Positions 24,701-37,769 of a stretch of 64,000 bases of DNA are shown here, one piece after another (the stretch's first letter is position 1; every line of letters begins with the position of its first letter). This DNA comes from Narcine bancroftii (taxonomy: Eukaryota), in NCBI RefSeq assembly GCF_036971445.1, contig NW_027211801.1:744001-808000 (forward strand). The letters are read 5' to 3'. The notes beneath the pieces are model-generated. The model was not told the origin of the DNA, searched no databases, and saw only the letters and a program-made list of their open reading frames with translations. The position numbers and the translations under genes are program-made.

Positions 24701-26700
24701 ACCATGATTCAATGGTCAGCACTCTTCCACTCTGTTGAAATTAGCCAGGGTTTTCGATGTCATACCAAACCTCCGCAAACTCCTAAGGAAGTAAAGGCAC
24801 TGATGTGCTATTTTCCAGATGCCATTGGAGTTTTTGGTCCAAGAAAGATCCTCCACGTTAGTTACTCACAAGACCCTAAATGTGCTCAGCCTCTCTACCT
24901 CTGATCCCCCAATGATCACTGGATCGTACACCTCTGGTTTTCCTTTCCTGAAGTCAATAATCAGCTCCTTAGTTTTGGTGACATTGAGTGCAAGGTTGTT
25001 GTTGGTGCACCATTCATCCAAGTCCTCAATCTCCATCTAGTACGTTGACTCATCCTCTTTCTGTATACAACCCACTACCATGGTATCGTTGGCAAATTTG
25101 TTGATGGTGTTGTACCAAGCTACGCAGTCGTAGATGTAAAATGATCATGCAGAACCAGGAGCAACCACCATCCACTACACATCATCAACTCTGTAGAGGA
25201 GAGAGTGGAGAGCACCAAGTTCCTTCAAGTTTAGTTAACGAGTGACCTATCATGGACACAACATCTCCTCACTTGTCAGGAAGGCCCATCAGCAAATGCA
25301 CTTCCTGAGATGACTGAAGCGGGTAAAGCTTCCGGCCACCGTCGTCAACCTTCTTCAAGATCTATATCCAGAGCATCGTGGCTGGCTCCATCACACTTTC
25401 GTACAGTTGCTACAGAGAAATGGATCGGAAGTCAATCCACAGGATCCTGAGTGGCAGGGAGAATCACTGGAGGCTCTCTCTCCACCCCTCACCACCCATC
25501 AACGTGATCTACCATGATCGTTGTCTCAAGAAATCATGAGGACCCCTTCCTTCCTTTCATCTTTCAGCTCCTCCCATCAGGGAAGAGATACAGGAGGATT
25601 AGAGCCAGCACCACCAGGCCATTGAACAGATTCATCACCCGGGCAGAGAGAATGCTGAATGACCAAAAGATCTGCTCACACTAATCCTCTGAGACTCTCA
25701 TATTTACGAAACAATATTTGCTTACTAATTTTTTACAGGTAAAATACTTGTCTCAAACATGTATTGTTTGTCTGTGTGTTATGTCTGATTATGTGGCTGT
25801 GTGTTTTGCCTGTTTTGCAGAGGCAAACCGTTCGTCACTTTGTACTTGTATAATCAGATGACAATAAACGTTAACATCCTGGTGAATCTCCGCTGCACGC
25901 TCTCCATATCTTCCTCATCCTTCCTGTAATGAGGTGACCAGAACACAATATTGTAAATGTGGTCTCACACGAGATTTGTGGAGTACTTGCCCAAATTGTT
26001 TCTTCTATGTTAAAATGGAGTCTGCATTCACCACTTCACCCGGTAGCTCGTTTCACACTTCCACCACTCTCTGTGTGAAGAACTTCCCCCTCACATTCCC
26101 CCGGCATGGTTGGCGTAGTGGTTAGCAGAACGCCTTGAGTGCACCAGCGATCGGGACCGGACCTTGGTTCAAATCCCTTTGTGTTTGCAAGGAGTTTGTA
26201 TGTTCTCCCCGTGTCTGTGTGGGTTTTCTCCAGTTTTCATTCACCCTTCAAAATGAACTGGAAGTGTAGGTTAATGTGGTGTAAATTGGGCAACACAGAC
26301 ACGTAGAGTCGAATTGGCCTGTTACAGTGCAGTCTGTCTAAAGTTAAAATTTCAATATATTTTTCCCCTTTCATCCATAACCCATGTCCTCTGATTTGCA
26401 TCTGACTTTCCCACAGTGCAAAAAGCCTATCTCCATTTACAATGTCAAGACCCATCACAATTGTAAATGCCTTGATCAAACCTCCCTTTACTCCAGGCAA
26501 CAAATTCCAAACCTGCTTAACCCTTCTCTGCAACTCAGACCTGGCAACATCCTTGTAAATCTCCCATACACTCTATCAACCTTACTGATTTCCTTCCAGT
26601 AGTAAGTTGGGGAGCCGGTAACCAGAGAACAGGTTTCGGGCTGACAGACTGAGAGGGAATGGTTGAGTAGGCTGAGGCATATGGGGAGAAGGCCGGGTAG
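21720..26700. mobile_element. Patchwork of LINE fragments: Rex1/Babar-like (21720-21960 -, 24230-25140 -, 25145-25870 +), Penelope-like end (22165-22450 +), CR1 (22740-24220 mixed, 25870-26700 -)
   Basis: LFSLLPSGKRY (Rex1/Babar), LYKTLVRHHLEYC and VVEVWNKLPAEVV (CR1), GETETTL-type Penelope end. Confidence 0.75.
26101..26350 (+). mobile_element. tRNA-derived V-SINE (HE1-like)
   Basis: Pol III A box tggcgtagtgg, B box ggttcaaatcc, V-domain ggagtttgtatgttctccccgtgtctgtgtgggttttctcc, LINE-like tail. Confidence 0.85.
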
Positions 26701-26959
26701 TGAGGCTGAGTGGGAAAATGGATATGCTTGTGATGAAATGATGGGGCAATGCAATGAGCTGAATAGTCTATGCCTTATGGTCTAATTGGAGTACTTGGGT
26801 AGCATGGGCTGGTGGGCTGGAAGTGCCCTTCTGTAGGTCCAAATTTAAGTTTTTACACTGGAGACAAAGGGCAGAACTGACCACGTTTGGTCACGTCGAA
26901 ACATTGAGCGGTTGCAGGTGAACAATCAGGCATGCATGAATTGACACTGATTTTAACTC

Positions 26960-27470
26960 TGCCTCTACTTTCCCATCCAACTCCCCCATCTACCCGTCCC
27001 TCTCTCCCCCCCTCTCTACCCCTCTCTCCTCAACTCTTTCCATCCCTCTCTCCTCCCTTTCTCTTGCCCTTTCCCCCTCTCTCCCCTCTCCCCTCTCTCC
27101 TCCCTCTATACCCCTCTCCCCTCCCCTTTTTCCTTCCCCTCCTTCTCTCCCCCTCCCTTTCCCCTCTACCTCTCTCCCTCTCCCTCCCCCTTTCCCTTCC
27201 CTTTCCCCTCTTTCCCCCTCCCCTTTACCATTCCCCCTCCCCTTCTCTCCCCCTTCTCTCCCTCCCTCTTTCTCCTCCTTCCCCTTCCCCTTACCATCTC
27301 TCCCCCTCTTCCCCACCCCATTTTTCCTTCCCCTCCCCTCTCTATCTTTCCCTTCCCCATCTCTCCCCTTTCCCCCCTCTCCACCCCCTCTCACTCTCCC
27401 TTTCCCATTCCTCTCTCTCTCCACCCCTTTCTCCCCTTCTCTTGTCTCCCACCCATCCCCCATCACTCTC
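26960..27470. repeat. Polypyrimidine/polypurine low-complexity tract
   Basis: About 500 bp almost exclusively C/T on the + strand. Confidence 0.95.
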
Positions 27471-27714
27471 ACCTGTATGTTGAGAGTCACAAGCTTACGG
27501 ACAATGACTGTTTTTGTTTGGAAACAAACAAGGTTGGGACAAGGTGAGCCGATGTCAGTGTGGGACTCACTCTGGCCCCCTTGGATCCCAAACCGTGCTG
27601 CATCCTCCTCAACCTGGGCTTGGTTCTTCACTGTCTTTGAGGGAACGGAGGTACATTCATTGTGAAAATTGTCTCAACATAACCATAGCCACCTAAAAAT
27701 CACACCCACCCACA

Positions 27715-28040
27715 CTGGTCCCATCTGCCCCACGTTCTTCTTAACCCAACCCATTTATGGATCCATCCCATTCACACTGTCCCACTTACCCACATCCTTC
27801 TAAACCTGTCCCATCTGTGATTTCGTCCCACCTTCCCATGTCCCTCTAAATCTGTCCCATCTCTGGATCCATCCCATCCTCATTGGTTCCACCTGGCCCA
27901 CGTCCCTCTAAACCCATCCCATCTCTGGATCCATTCCACCTTCATTGATTCCACCTGCTCCATGACCCTCTAAACCCGTCCCATCTATGGATCTGTCCCA
28001 CACTCACTGGTCCCACCTGCTCAAGTCCCTCTAAACCTGT
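27715..28040. repeat. Degenerate ~60-bp minisatellite
   Basis: Recurrent cccatct.tggatccatccca...cactggtcccacctg...ccctctaaacc units. Confidence 0.8.
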
Positions 28041-28143
28041 CTGTGAACCCAGCAGTAAAACACGAAATCTGTCGCCACTGATACTGAAATGAAAACACAA
28101 TGCTGGAGAAACTCAGCTGGTCACACAGTTCACTTTATATAGC

Positions 28144-29577
28144 TGTGTGCTTCTCGCAAGAAAGACACACTCACGAGCGTCATCAGGTTAAGCTCTGATT
28201 TTATTGGGGCTCAAGCCCGACTTTTATACCTTTCATATTCCTGCCATTTGCCCTTTTTGCTGATATAACAAAGTGCATAACAAAAGCGGGGTTCCCACGC
28301 CCAGATACCATCTTCCATGACAGTCCCTTCTTCCCCAGCGCTGTCTAAGTCTGTTGGCTGTGCAGCAGGGGCCAGCACCATTTTGGGTTCACTGGCGCTT
28401 AAGATGCCATCTCCATTCAACCGCCTCTTCGCTTGCTAGGGCCAGTGCCGCTGCACAGACTGCTGGCTTATAGGCGTGCTCACCACCTGGAGCATGGTTT
28501 GATTGCTGCGGTGATGGGCCACCACATGAGGCCCCTCCAGAGCAAATGGCATTGTCCTTGGTGCCTGGAGGCAGAGTCTCTGCAGGCTTCGTTGGCCTGC
28601 ATCTTTTGCGTGTTGTTGGCATCTTGACCGGAAGTGCCGGGTCCAGGTGTGCCAGCTTTAGACTGTCCGGGGTGAAGACCTCTGTTCTGCCTCGATTCTC
28701 CAGCTCGAACATGGCTCCATTGTTACGGATGATCTGGAACGGACCCATATACAGCTTCTGCAGTGGTGGGCAGTGTGGACCCCTGCGTATGAAATACTCG
28801 CAGTCCTCTAGGTCTTTGTGTAATGACCAGGCCCAACAGTGCCTATGGTAGCTCATCCACCCAGTTAGGTCCTTGAAGTCTGGTCATGAACGCAGCATTG
28901 ATGTGCTGTGGAAGCGCTCCACCATTTGACTGTGGTGCAGTTGGGTCCCCCACAGGCTGGTGAGGTCAGGCCACAAGCTGGAGATGATCTGCGCACCTCT
29001 GTCCGATGTAATGTTGGACAGTAGCCTGAACTGTGCCACCCAGGAGGAGATGAGAGCCCTGGCAGCTTCCTGCTGCCTGGTAAAATGGTCGACCATCATG
29101 AACAGGTAGTGGAACCCCTGGGATTCTGGTAAGGATCCTTCTATGTCCATGTAGATATGGTCGAACCTTTGATCCACAGGCTTGAAGTGCTGCGGTGGGG
29201 CCTTGGCTGTTTGCACTGCGTGCACACCTTCGCCCACCTGCTGACCTGTTTCCATAATCCGTGCCACATGTATTTGCTGGCCATCAGCCAGACTGTGGTC
29301 CTGATGAATGGGTGAGCCAGTCCATGGATGGAATCAAAAACTTGCCATCTCCAATCCGCCAGGATGAAAAATCTTATCTTGCCTGTGGCCACGTCACACA
29401 GGAGGTGGTGTTATCTGTGCCGACTGGGATATCCTGGAGCTTCACTCCCGATATGGAAATCCTGTACTGTGGCATCTCCTGGTCGTCTTGCTGAGCTTCC
29501 ACCAGCGCCACAAAATCCACTCGAGAGAACGTGGATACTCTGTCTAGACAGTGCTTCGTCTACCATATTGTCCTTGC
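28144..29577 (-). mobile_element. Gypsy 3' fragment: LTR (28144-28526) plus integrase and RNase H end
   Basis: TG...CA LTR; RFDHIYMDIEG, YLFMMVDHFTR, ITSDRGAQ, QMVERFH, YMGPFQ. Confidence 0.88.
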
Positions 29578-32500
29578 CAAAATATTCTTTCCTCTCTTAG
29601 TTAGGGGCACACACCTCTAATCCTTCAACAAATCCAACTTGGTAGGAAATTTATCTTTCCCAATTTTATCAATACAGTCATTGATTCTTGAAATAGGAAA
29701 ACTTCTGTTTTAGTTACTGAATTAACCTTCCTGTAATCTGTACAGAACCTAACAGTCCCATTTGGTTTAGGTACCAGAACACAAAGAGAACTCTAATCTG
29801 AGTTTGAAAGTCTAATAATATTATTTTTCAACATGATTTTGCTCTTCTGAATGGTTATTCTATATAGGTGTTGTTTTATGAGACTTGCCTCTCCCACATC
29901 CACATCATGAGAAAACACAGATGTAATTTTTGGCACTTCAGGAAACAAACTTGTATGTTTCAAAATTAATTCTTACAATTGCATTTTTTCTTGTGGCTTA
30001 AGATGGTCCAACTTTTCCTCCAGATTTTCCAACATTGCTGAGTTAGGCAGGTGCACAGGAATTATGGTTTTATTAAGGTTTCCCTCACAAGATTCTGTTT
30101 CTATAATTTTATGATTCATAAGTTCCACAACCCTGTCAACAACTCACATCTCTGATACAGTACCTTTCCACTACCTTTTTCCTCTAAATAAGCTTTGAAG
30201 CCATTTCTTTAATCTCCTATTCACTTACTGCTTTGTCCCTTAAGTCAATAAGATCTGAATCTGTTTTCTGGTGCTGAATTCACTCTTTCCTTTACAAAGA
30301 GAAATATTTACTATCACAATTGACTTGCTCTTTCAAGACTATTTCAGAAGCACTGGGAAAATCTCTTATTATCTGGATCTTCCTCTGCTCTCATCATTTT
30401 CTTAGACAAAGACCGTGTTACGGCACATGCAGGATATATCTCACCATCCTCTTTAACCTCATCCTTACTAGGCCAATTTGTTAATCTCAAAACTGACCAA
30501 ACTTTATCTGCTGCTAAATCATTCCCTAATAAAAATGGGACTCCTTGCATGGATAACTTTGAAATTACTCTTATTGCAACAGGTCCTTTAACTAATACTG
30601 AATTCAGCACTATGTTATGAAGAGATATTGCCTCTACCTCACCTCCAACACCTTTAATCAAAGTCCTTTCCCCGTGTCAGCCTTTTGATCAAGAGTTAAA
30701 ATATTTTCCAACAACAATCACTGAGCAGCCCCAGTATCTCATAATTTTAACTGGAACCTGTGATTCTCCCTCCTTTACTGAAACCAGGCCCTCTGTCACA
30801 AAGGGTTTGAAAATATCCATAACACCCTTACCAGGTTTGGAACATCTGCTCTCCTTAAATTCAACTGTCTGAATACAAGCTTCTGGTAAAACCTTCTTTT
30901 CTCATCTCTTTCCAACACTAAACAACTTGCAATAACGTGACCAGGTTTCTTACAAAAATGACATAGAAATCTAGAAATTCTGTCCTTTCCCACCTTTCAT
31001 TCATCTTTTCTCTTAACTTTCTTCCCAGACTTAATTTCAGGTTTAATAATCTGTTCCACATTAACTCACTGAAAATGCCAACTATTTTGAAATTTATTTT
31101 TCTTAATCAGGGCAAATTCATCTACTAATCTTGCCGTTTGCTGCCATGTCTCCACATCTCTCTCATTCAGGTATAATTTAATCTCATTTGGAGCACACCT
31201 TTTAATTTCCTCAATTAATATCAGTTCTATTCATCTGTCAAAATCACTATTTATTCCACCAACAGACAAAATATACAGATTTTCCAGAGCAAAATCCATA
31301 TAAAGTTGGCTCCATGTTTTCACCAAACTCCTCAATTTTGTCTATATGCTTCTGGAACGAACTCATAAGCTTTAACTACTGCTTGTTTAACAGTATCATA
31401 ATTTGCCACTTGCTCTGTAGTCAAGGTAGAGGAGGCAATTTGTGCTTTTCCCTTCAATACACTTTGGAGCATTAGAGGCCATTTTTCTTTTAGCCATCTT
31501 GAGCTCTCAGCAACCTTTTCAAAAAGCTGAAAATGTGCCCTCATCAAAAGGAGGAACTAGATTTACCTCTCTACCAGTCAAAAACATCTCCTCAGGAGTT
31601 GCAGACTCGATTCTCTTACCTCCCTCCGTCTCCATTTTTAACCTCTAATTGAAACTGTCTATCCATTTCAATTTCCTCCTTCCGTTTTTGAACCTCCTCT
31701 CATTGTTTTTAAGCTTCTCTTTATTTTACAGCTTGGTCTGCCTCATATTATTGTCCGTGCAACTCAAAGTTCCGTTTCTCTTTCTTCCATCCCCCTCTGT
31801 TTCTCTCTTTCCTCTTCCACCCTCAATTTCTCCAACTCCAATTGCAATTCAAAAGATCTATCCTTTGAAAAATTATCTGTCTTTCTCACAAATGATCCCT
31901 CACCTATATAGTATTTCACTATAATTCTCTGTATTTGTATTTTCCTCATCCAATGGTTGACTTCAGTCAGCTTTAATGCCTTAGAAATGGCCATCGATTC
32001 CTCTTTTCTCTTGCTCTGCAGCTCTGATGGTTTTGACAAAAACATGTCAACATCCATTGCTGCTGTTTTCCCACACACACAAGCTTTAAATTAGCTTAAA
32101 AAAAAACAATTAACTAATAAATTACAAAAACTTCAAACGTTTAAGATCCCAAACCTCCGATGTTCAATCCAAGATAATGAGCCCCCCAAATGTGACGAGC
32201 CCAGAGGACACCAAAACCCAGCAGCAATATTCACCAAGACAAATGGTTACTTAAACAAAAGTTGCTTTTAATTATCTTTAAACGTGAAAATAGAATCGTT
32301 CTTTTAAGTTAAGTTAAGCTAATTCTAAGCGCAGGTATAAGTAATATATATGTAATTTCAGAAAAGTTCTTTGATTCACAGTCCATTCTCACTTCTCACT
32401 CCTCCAAGTTCACTGGTTGCAGGCAATTCTTATTTTGTGCACAGAATTAAACATTTATGAATTTCACCAGGCTTTGGTTCTTGAAAGGTAAATGGTTACT

Positions 32501-32650
32501 GCTCAGGAAGGCTCTTGTTGGGTTTCAGATAGGGATTTGTTGTTCGCTGAACACCCACAAAACTGATTCCTGTTAATCAGCCACGTTTCTTGCTGAAGAA
32601 ACTTTCCTCATCAGGGTTCTCCAGATGACCGCTTCCACAATGGCTTGAGC
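29578..32650 (-). mobile_element. Gmr1-like Gypsy copy B: partial 5' LTR (32191-~32650), PBS, gag, protease, RT start; integrase deleted
   Basis: tRNA-Pro-like PBS tggggggctc next to the LTR; gag WPLMLQSVLKGKAQ...AYEFVPEAYRQ, CHFCKKPGHVIASC, LLGNDLA; RT N-terminus at 29580-29950. Confidence 0.88.
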
Positions 32651-32949
32651 CTCTGTAAAATATAAAGTGTTCACAATCACTACTCTGGAGACAAAGTCTT
32701 GGAGAACAGGTTCAGCTTTATTTCAAGTCTGCAGAGTCGGGTGCCTCTGGTCTGGAGACATACCGGAGGATCAGAATCATCACTCTTTTGTACAGTCTCG
32801 GGCTCAATAACTCCCCACCTTCATCTACCTTCTTCCAATCAGAATCTTAGTACATTACAATCTTCTTCTTCTTCCTTCCATCAATCCAAGTATCACTCAG
32901 TTCCTCCTTCTTCAGATATTGCATGTTATGTTAATTAGTTCATTCCATC

Positions 32950-34070
32950 CTTATCGTACGCCTTCTGCCCACGCTTGTTGCATCAGTCTTCACTCGGAAC
33001 GCAATCGTCTCATCTCTGGACCGCAGGATTGCTTTTGCAATCTGGTCCCTAATATCTGTGAAGGCTTTGATAGCTGCTGGGCAGAGGGGGAAAGCTGAGG
33101 CTTTTATGAGTGGGCGAACTTTGTCAGCAGAGTTGGAGACCCATTGTGCATAATATGCGAAAAGTCCTAAACATCTCTTTCAGGTTTTCTGTGTGAGTGG
33201 GACTGGGAGGTCTAGGAATGGGTACGGGCAGGCAGGGTCCGGTCCGGGCTGATATTCCCCATTCTGTTCCACATATCCAGTTACCTCGTGCTAAAGACAC
33301 ATTTGTCCCTATTATACATTAGGTTGGGTTCCTCTGCTGTCTGAAAAAAACGTTGAAGGTTAATGTCATGCTTGCGAGTGACCACATGCCAAATCATCCC
33401 TTCCCCTTGCGGACACTTGGACCTGGGGAAGCGTGTGTGCCCTCTGGGAAATTGGGGTTAGCCGGGGGTGTCTCAAGGATAGCAACACATCCAGGCAATC
33501 CTGGCAGTAGATTGTGATCGGGAAGGCAACTTATCCTACGCCTTCTGCCCGCGCTTGTCACGATCCTTGATTATAAGTCAGAAACACGGGCGGTTGCATG
33601 GCCAGTCCAAGCCCTAGTGAATTAACTAACAGGCGGGGCTCTTGGCTGCTCTTTAACTGGTTCAACATACTTCTGTCCCCCTTGTAGTTGACGGTCACTG
33701 GGCGAGTCTTTCTCTCCACCGCAATTTTGGTCCCGCAGCTCTGCATCTGGGCTCTACTGGATTGCACATGCGTGGGAGCCATCTCCGTTTCCAGGCCTTT
33801 TGATCAGGTTTTGGTGGAGTCGAGAGCGTGGGTGAGGGCAGAAGTAACTTCCATCCTGGTTATATGTTATTCTATTAAGTTGTGACTAACATCAACCCCA
33901 CGAGACAGAGTGCGTTAAACTCTAGTTTTAATAGACTAATATATACAGCTAACTCTTGCTTCTGTGCAAGCCTAGGTCAGAACGGAGGAGCCTATGACTG
34001 GTCGGCTTTATAGACGAGGTTGTCAGGTGGTGGTCCTGGTGACCTAGTCATGTAATAGCATATCAACACA
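32950..34070 (-). mobile_element. Heavily deleted Gypsy element of the same lineage as 1-2900, with 5' LTR at 33881-34070
   Basis: LKRCLGLFAYYAQWV...FRVKTDA (RT/RNase H); NLMYNRDKCVFS parallels NLTYNLDKCVFR at 115-150; 190 bp TG...CA LTR. Confidence 0.82.
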
Positions 34071-34949
34071 ATGTATTCTCGACATATAAATGCAGAAGAT
34101 TTTTTCACAAAGGGATCAGTTCGGGGGCCTATTCTTTGGAGGTTAAAAGAATGGTGTCCTTAGAGCATAGAACATTCAACACTACAGCATAGTAGAGGCC
34201 CTTATGCCCTCAATGTTGTGCAGACCCATATATTCCATCCAAAATCAAGTACTAAACCATTCCTGTTTTGTGTCCCTCTCTTTTTCTCTCATCTAGGTGC
34301 CTGTCTAAGGGTCTCTTAAATCCCCACAGAAGGGAGGCAGTACCCACTTTCGGAATCACTAGGCAATGCTAACTGTGCCACCCTGTGGACAAAGGTGCTG
34401 AATCTGTAGAATTTGTTATTGCAGAGGAATGCAGAGGAAGATCCCGGCAAGGATCTCAGATGGAGGGAGTTGTGTTGTTTTCAAATTGAGGTATTGAGGG
34501 TGACAGGGAACTGGCCCAGAAGAGGAGCTGATCAGTTGATCAAAGATCAGTTGTGAGGAGAACTGAATGGCGGGAAGGTTTGAGGGACCTAGTGGTCTAT
34601 TCCTGCTCCAATTTCTTGTGCTCTTGTGTTTTCTAATGTAGGATCAATCCTTATTCTTCATTTGGTGGATGGAGTTCAGAGTAGTATAATTGACCATTGG
34701 AACTTGTGGTTGGACTTGTTCTGGTTAGGAATACTATGGAAAAGAAACCCTTAAAAAGTGGTTTCCTTTTGAAAGTTTCTGGGACAAAACATAGCATAGA
34801 CCTCTTTCATGAAGAGACTTTCTAATCTTAGCTCCCTCTTCTTAACTGTTGGTGTAAAGTAGATTGACCCTTTCTTCTGCAAGGTGAAGGATGTGAATGT
34901 GTCATAGGTTGGAGGATGCTCTGTAACAGAATTTACTATCTTCCACCTA

Positions 34950-35520
34950 TCTTCAGTTCCAACCCAATACTGTACTCCCCAAATGTGATCTACCCAGCAA
35001 GAAGTCAATGCAATCCTTTGGTGTTCCATAAATGGACCCTGAATGGTGATGTCCTGGTCAGTCTGCCCATAAGGCACTGCCCACAGGACATCCGTGTAGG
35101 GATCCACCATTGTCCTGGGAGTTGGAGCTTAAGGGGATAGAGAAGAACACATTGTCGAGGTTGACCACAGCATAGAAGGGTTTGTCGCCCCTTCCCATTA
35201 TATCCTCCACCAATTTGACCATGTTGGAAACAACTGCAGTAAGGGTGGAGCAGGGGTGAATTTGTCCAATTTGTGATATTATTCACCACATGCTGTTTTT
35301 CCTACAGAAAGGCCAGATTGGGCTGTTGTTGGGGGACACAGTGGAACATCACTCCCCCTCATAGAGGAGGGCATTGATCACTTCCCCGATCTCCTCATAG
35401 CCCCCGGCACCCGATCCAGGTGGGTGCAGACTACCTGGGAGGGAGGGGCAATGACAAGAGGAGTCCACCTGACTGCCCCGACAACAGTGGTTGGCGGGAG
35501 ACCCTTAAATATAAACTGCC
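34950..35520 (-). mobile_element. Class III (ERV-L/ERV-S-like) endogenous retrovirus pol relic with internal deletions
   Basis: VRWTPLVIAPPSQVV...RVPG-YEEIGEVINALLYEG...SPNNSPIWP...LTAVVSNMVKLVEDI resembles the ERV-L RT N-terminus (SPFNSPIWPV...AAAVPDVVSLLEQI); VVDPYTDVLWAVP resembles the integrase core. Confidence 0.65.
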
Positions 35521-35846
35521 CCTTGAGTACATTCATTCCGAGAATGTAGGGGTTGGGGTCTCATTGTGACATCAGAGTGACCGAGTAAATATTGTGAGGT
35601 TGCCATGGTTTCACTTGTCTTTCTGTATTATTGTGTAACATTGAACCCATTGATGACATCACGCAGCCAGTAAACCCAGTTGGTGAGGCTGCAGTCGTGT
35701 TCATTGTGAGGGTTGAACATGGTGCGAGTGCGTGGCACAGTCTTTGCTGAATACCTGGGCTTTTTGGCCAAGTGAGGCTCGTGGTGGTGATGTAGTTGAA
35801 TTACTACATCACATGTCACTGAAAACACCTCACGTGTGACATGCAG

Positions 35847-36048
35847 GATTATGGGCAATGCCTTGGGCTGTCTACGAGTGCCATGAGTGGCTGGGGGAGA
35901 GGAACAGAGTAGAGGATCCCTCACTCCTCGGAGAAGAATGACATGGAACTGCTGCAAGAAGATCAGAGGCAGATGGTTACATTCCCGAGTTGCTGCGGAG
36001 GAATCGTCAGACTTCAATGTCGACCGCGGGGAAGAAAACACGCAGCAG
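35847..36048 (+). pseudogene. Tentative upstream spectraplakin exon A
   Basis: Ends ...STAG/EENTQQ|gt, weakly like the recalled DST TTAIKEETEK exon end preceding exon B; needs frameshifts. Confidence 0.3.
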
Positions 36049-37376
36049 GTACTCGGTCACGTGTGAAATCAAACCAACCTTTTATAAAGCAATGTAGAAA
36101 TGAGCATAGAAATGAACATAAGTTGTACTATGTGGAACAGCACAAGGTTCATTTCTCACATCAACATCAGGCACTCATAAAGACTATTTTGTGTTTCTCA
36201 GCCAATCATCTCCAATTCAGTGTTGGCAAATCATTTATGCTTTGCCTTATCTTTTTTCATTTATTCTGAAACTTAAACAAGGACATCAACAAGTGAATCC
36301 CATTTGTAAATTTCACATTCCTACTTTATAAATGGCTCCAGATAGTCTTATTTTTGTAAATTAAAATGAAAAGCATTCTATTTCCTTTCACAGCCCAAAG
36401 GAACCCCAAGTTTCAAAGTATAAATGATAAAACTGGAATTACTGGATATTTCAATAAAAACAGGAAAGGCTGTAAACTCCCAGCAAGTCAGTATGTGTCC
36501 AACCTGCTGACTATTTCCAACATTTTCTGTTGTTACATTTGAAGTATAATTATTTTAATATTTGTTCTGGGAACAATTGGCTGTCAAAAGCAGGAAATAA
36601 ATTCTCTTTACTGTTTTGGGGTAGGGAGAGTTTTTTGGAAGGAATATATGGGTTGGCACAACATTGAGGGCTGAAGGGCCTGTACTGTGCTGCAGTTTTC
36701 TATATTCTATGTTTCTGCTGTGGTGATTTGAGAGTAAATATTAACCAAGGACCCCCAGAAGAACGTGCCCTTTACTTTGGTTTATGCCCTGGGATCTTTC
36801 TCATCTACATGAGATGAAAGATGGGAGTCCTGGTTTTGTGGCTGAATCCAAATCAATAGTGTTCTTCGTAAAGATGCACCAAGACTCAGTGGTTTACCTT
36901 TCATCAAATTCAAGTCAGAAGCCTCAGCCTTGAGTGTATTGTCTATAGGTGTGAGATCTGAATGTCTCTGGGGATTGACCCTGTGCCTTGTCTTCAGTTG
37001 CAATGCCTTCAGCAACCCTTGAACCAATGAATTAAATAATATACCATTATTTCATAAAATTGGGCCAATCCTGTAAGGTGTTTTGCCTTGGTTTTTCCAG
37101 ATACTTTTGTTCTGTTAACTGCCGTGGTTCACATGATGAAGATAATGCTTTGCAGTGGATTTGAAAATAGTCATTAAGTATTAACTGTGATTTTTACCTG
37201 CAAGACCACATGCTCATTCTTTATAAAATACTTTTATTGAGTTAAACATATAAGCATGCATACAGAAATCTGAAAACCACGTAGCAATTCATTCATTTAC
37301 GAGTCAGGACACATGAAAAGAAAACAAAGTAAATGAAACTACATTGAAGATGACTTGTTAATCTCCAGAACAATTA

Positions 37377-37769
37377 CACTCCAACTCCAATCATCCAAAA
37401 TCAGAATCTCTGAAATCCTCATTTATCCAAATTTTTTAAAAAAATGAAATAAATGAGGATATCCAAAACAAATCAGGAATCCTCATTTATCTGAAATATT
37501 TTTCGGAGTCAAACTGACCTCACAGGTTGAAAAAAAATTCATTCCACGTGAAATTAGAACATCGATTGTTCTCGTTTCAGGTAACTCCCTCCCCTCTCTT
37601 TTTCCATTTCCATTTCTTCTTTACCTTCCCCTATTGACTCTCCCATCAAACTGCGCACCACTGACTCCCTGCAAGTGGTTGGAAGAATCCCTTGTCCTGC
37701 CGTTATCCAGGAGAGCGGCCTCTCGGCAGCAGCCGGTCACAGCCCTTTCAGATAATCAGAGTTGTATTG
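37377..37769. mobile_element. Tc1/mariner (Tigger-like) MITE
   Basis: Imperfect ~24 bp TIRs (cactccaactccaatcatccaaaa / tttcagataatcagagttgtattg) flanked by TA. Confidence 0.65.

Noticed and set aside
26101-26180. tRNA gene
   Set aside because: The A/B boxes are the head of a V-SINE; no complete cloverleaf.
26932-27631. Pro/Leu/Ser-rich and Gly/Glu/Arg-rich ORFs
   Set aside because: Translation of a low-complexity C/T tract.
14262-32650. A single Gmr1-like element split by a 9-kb insertion block
   Set aside because: Both parts contain the same gag segment and the same ~30-bp RT segment, so they are two separate deleted copies.
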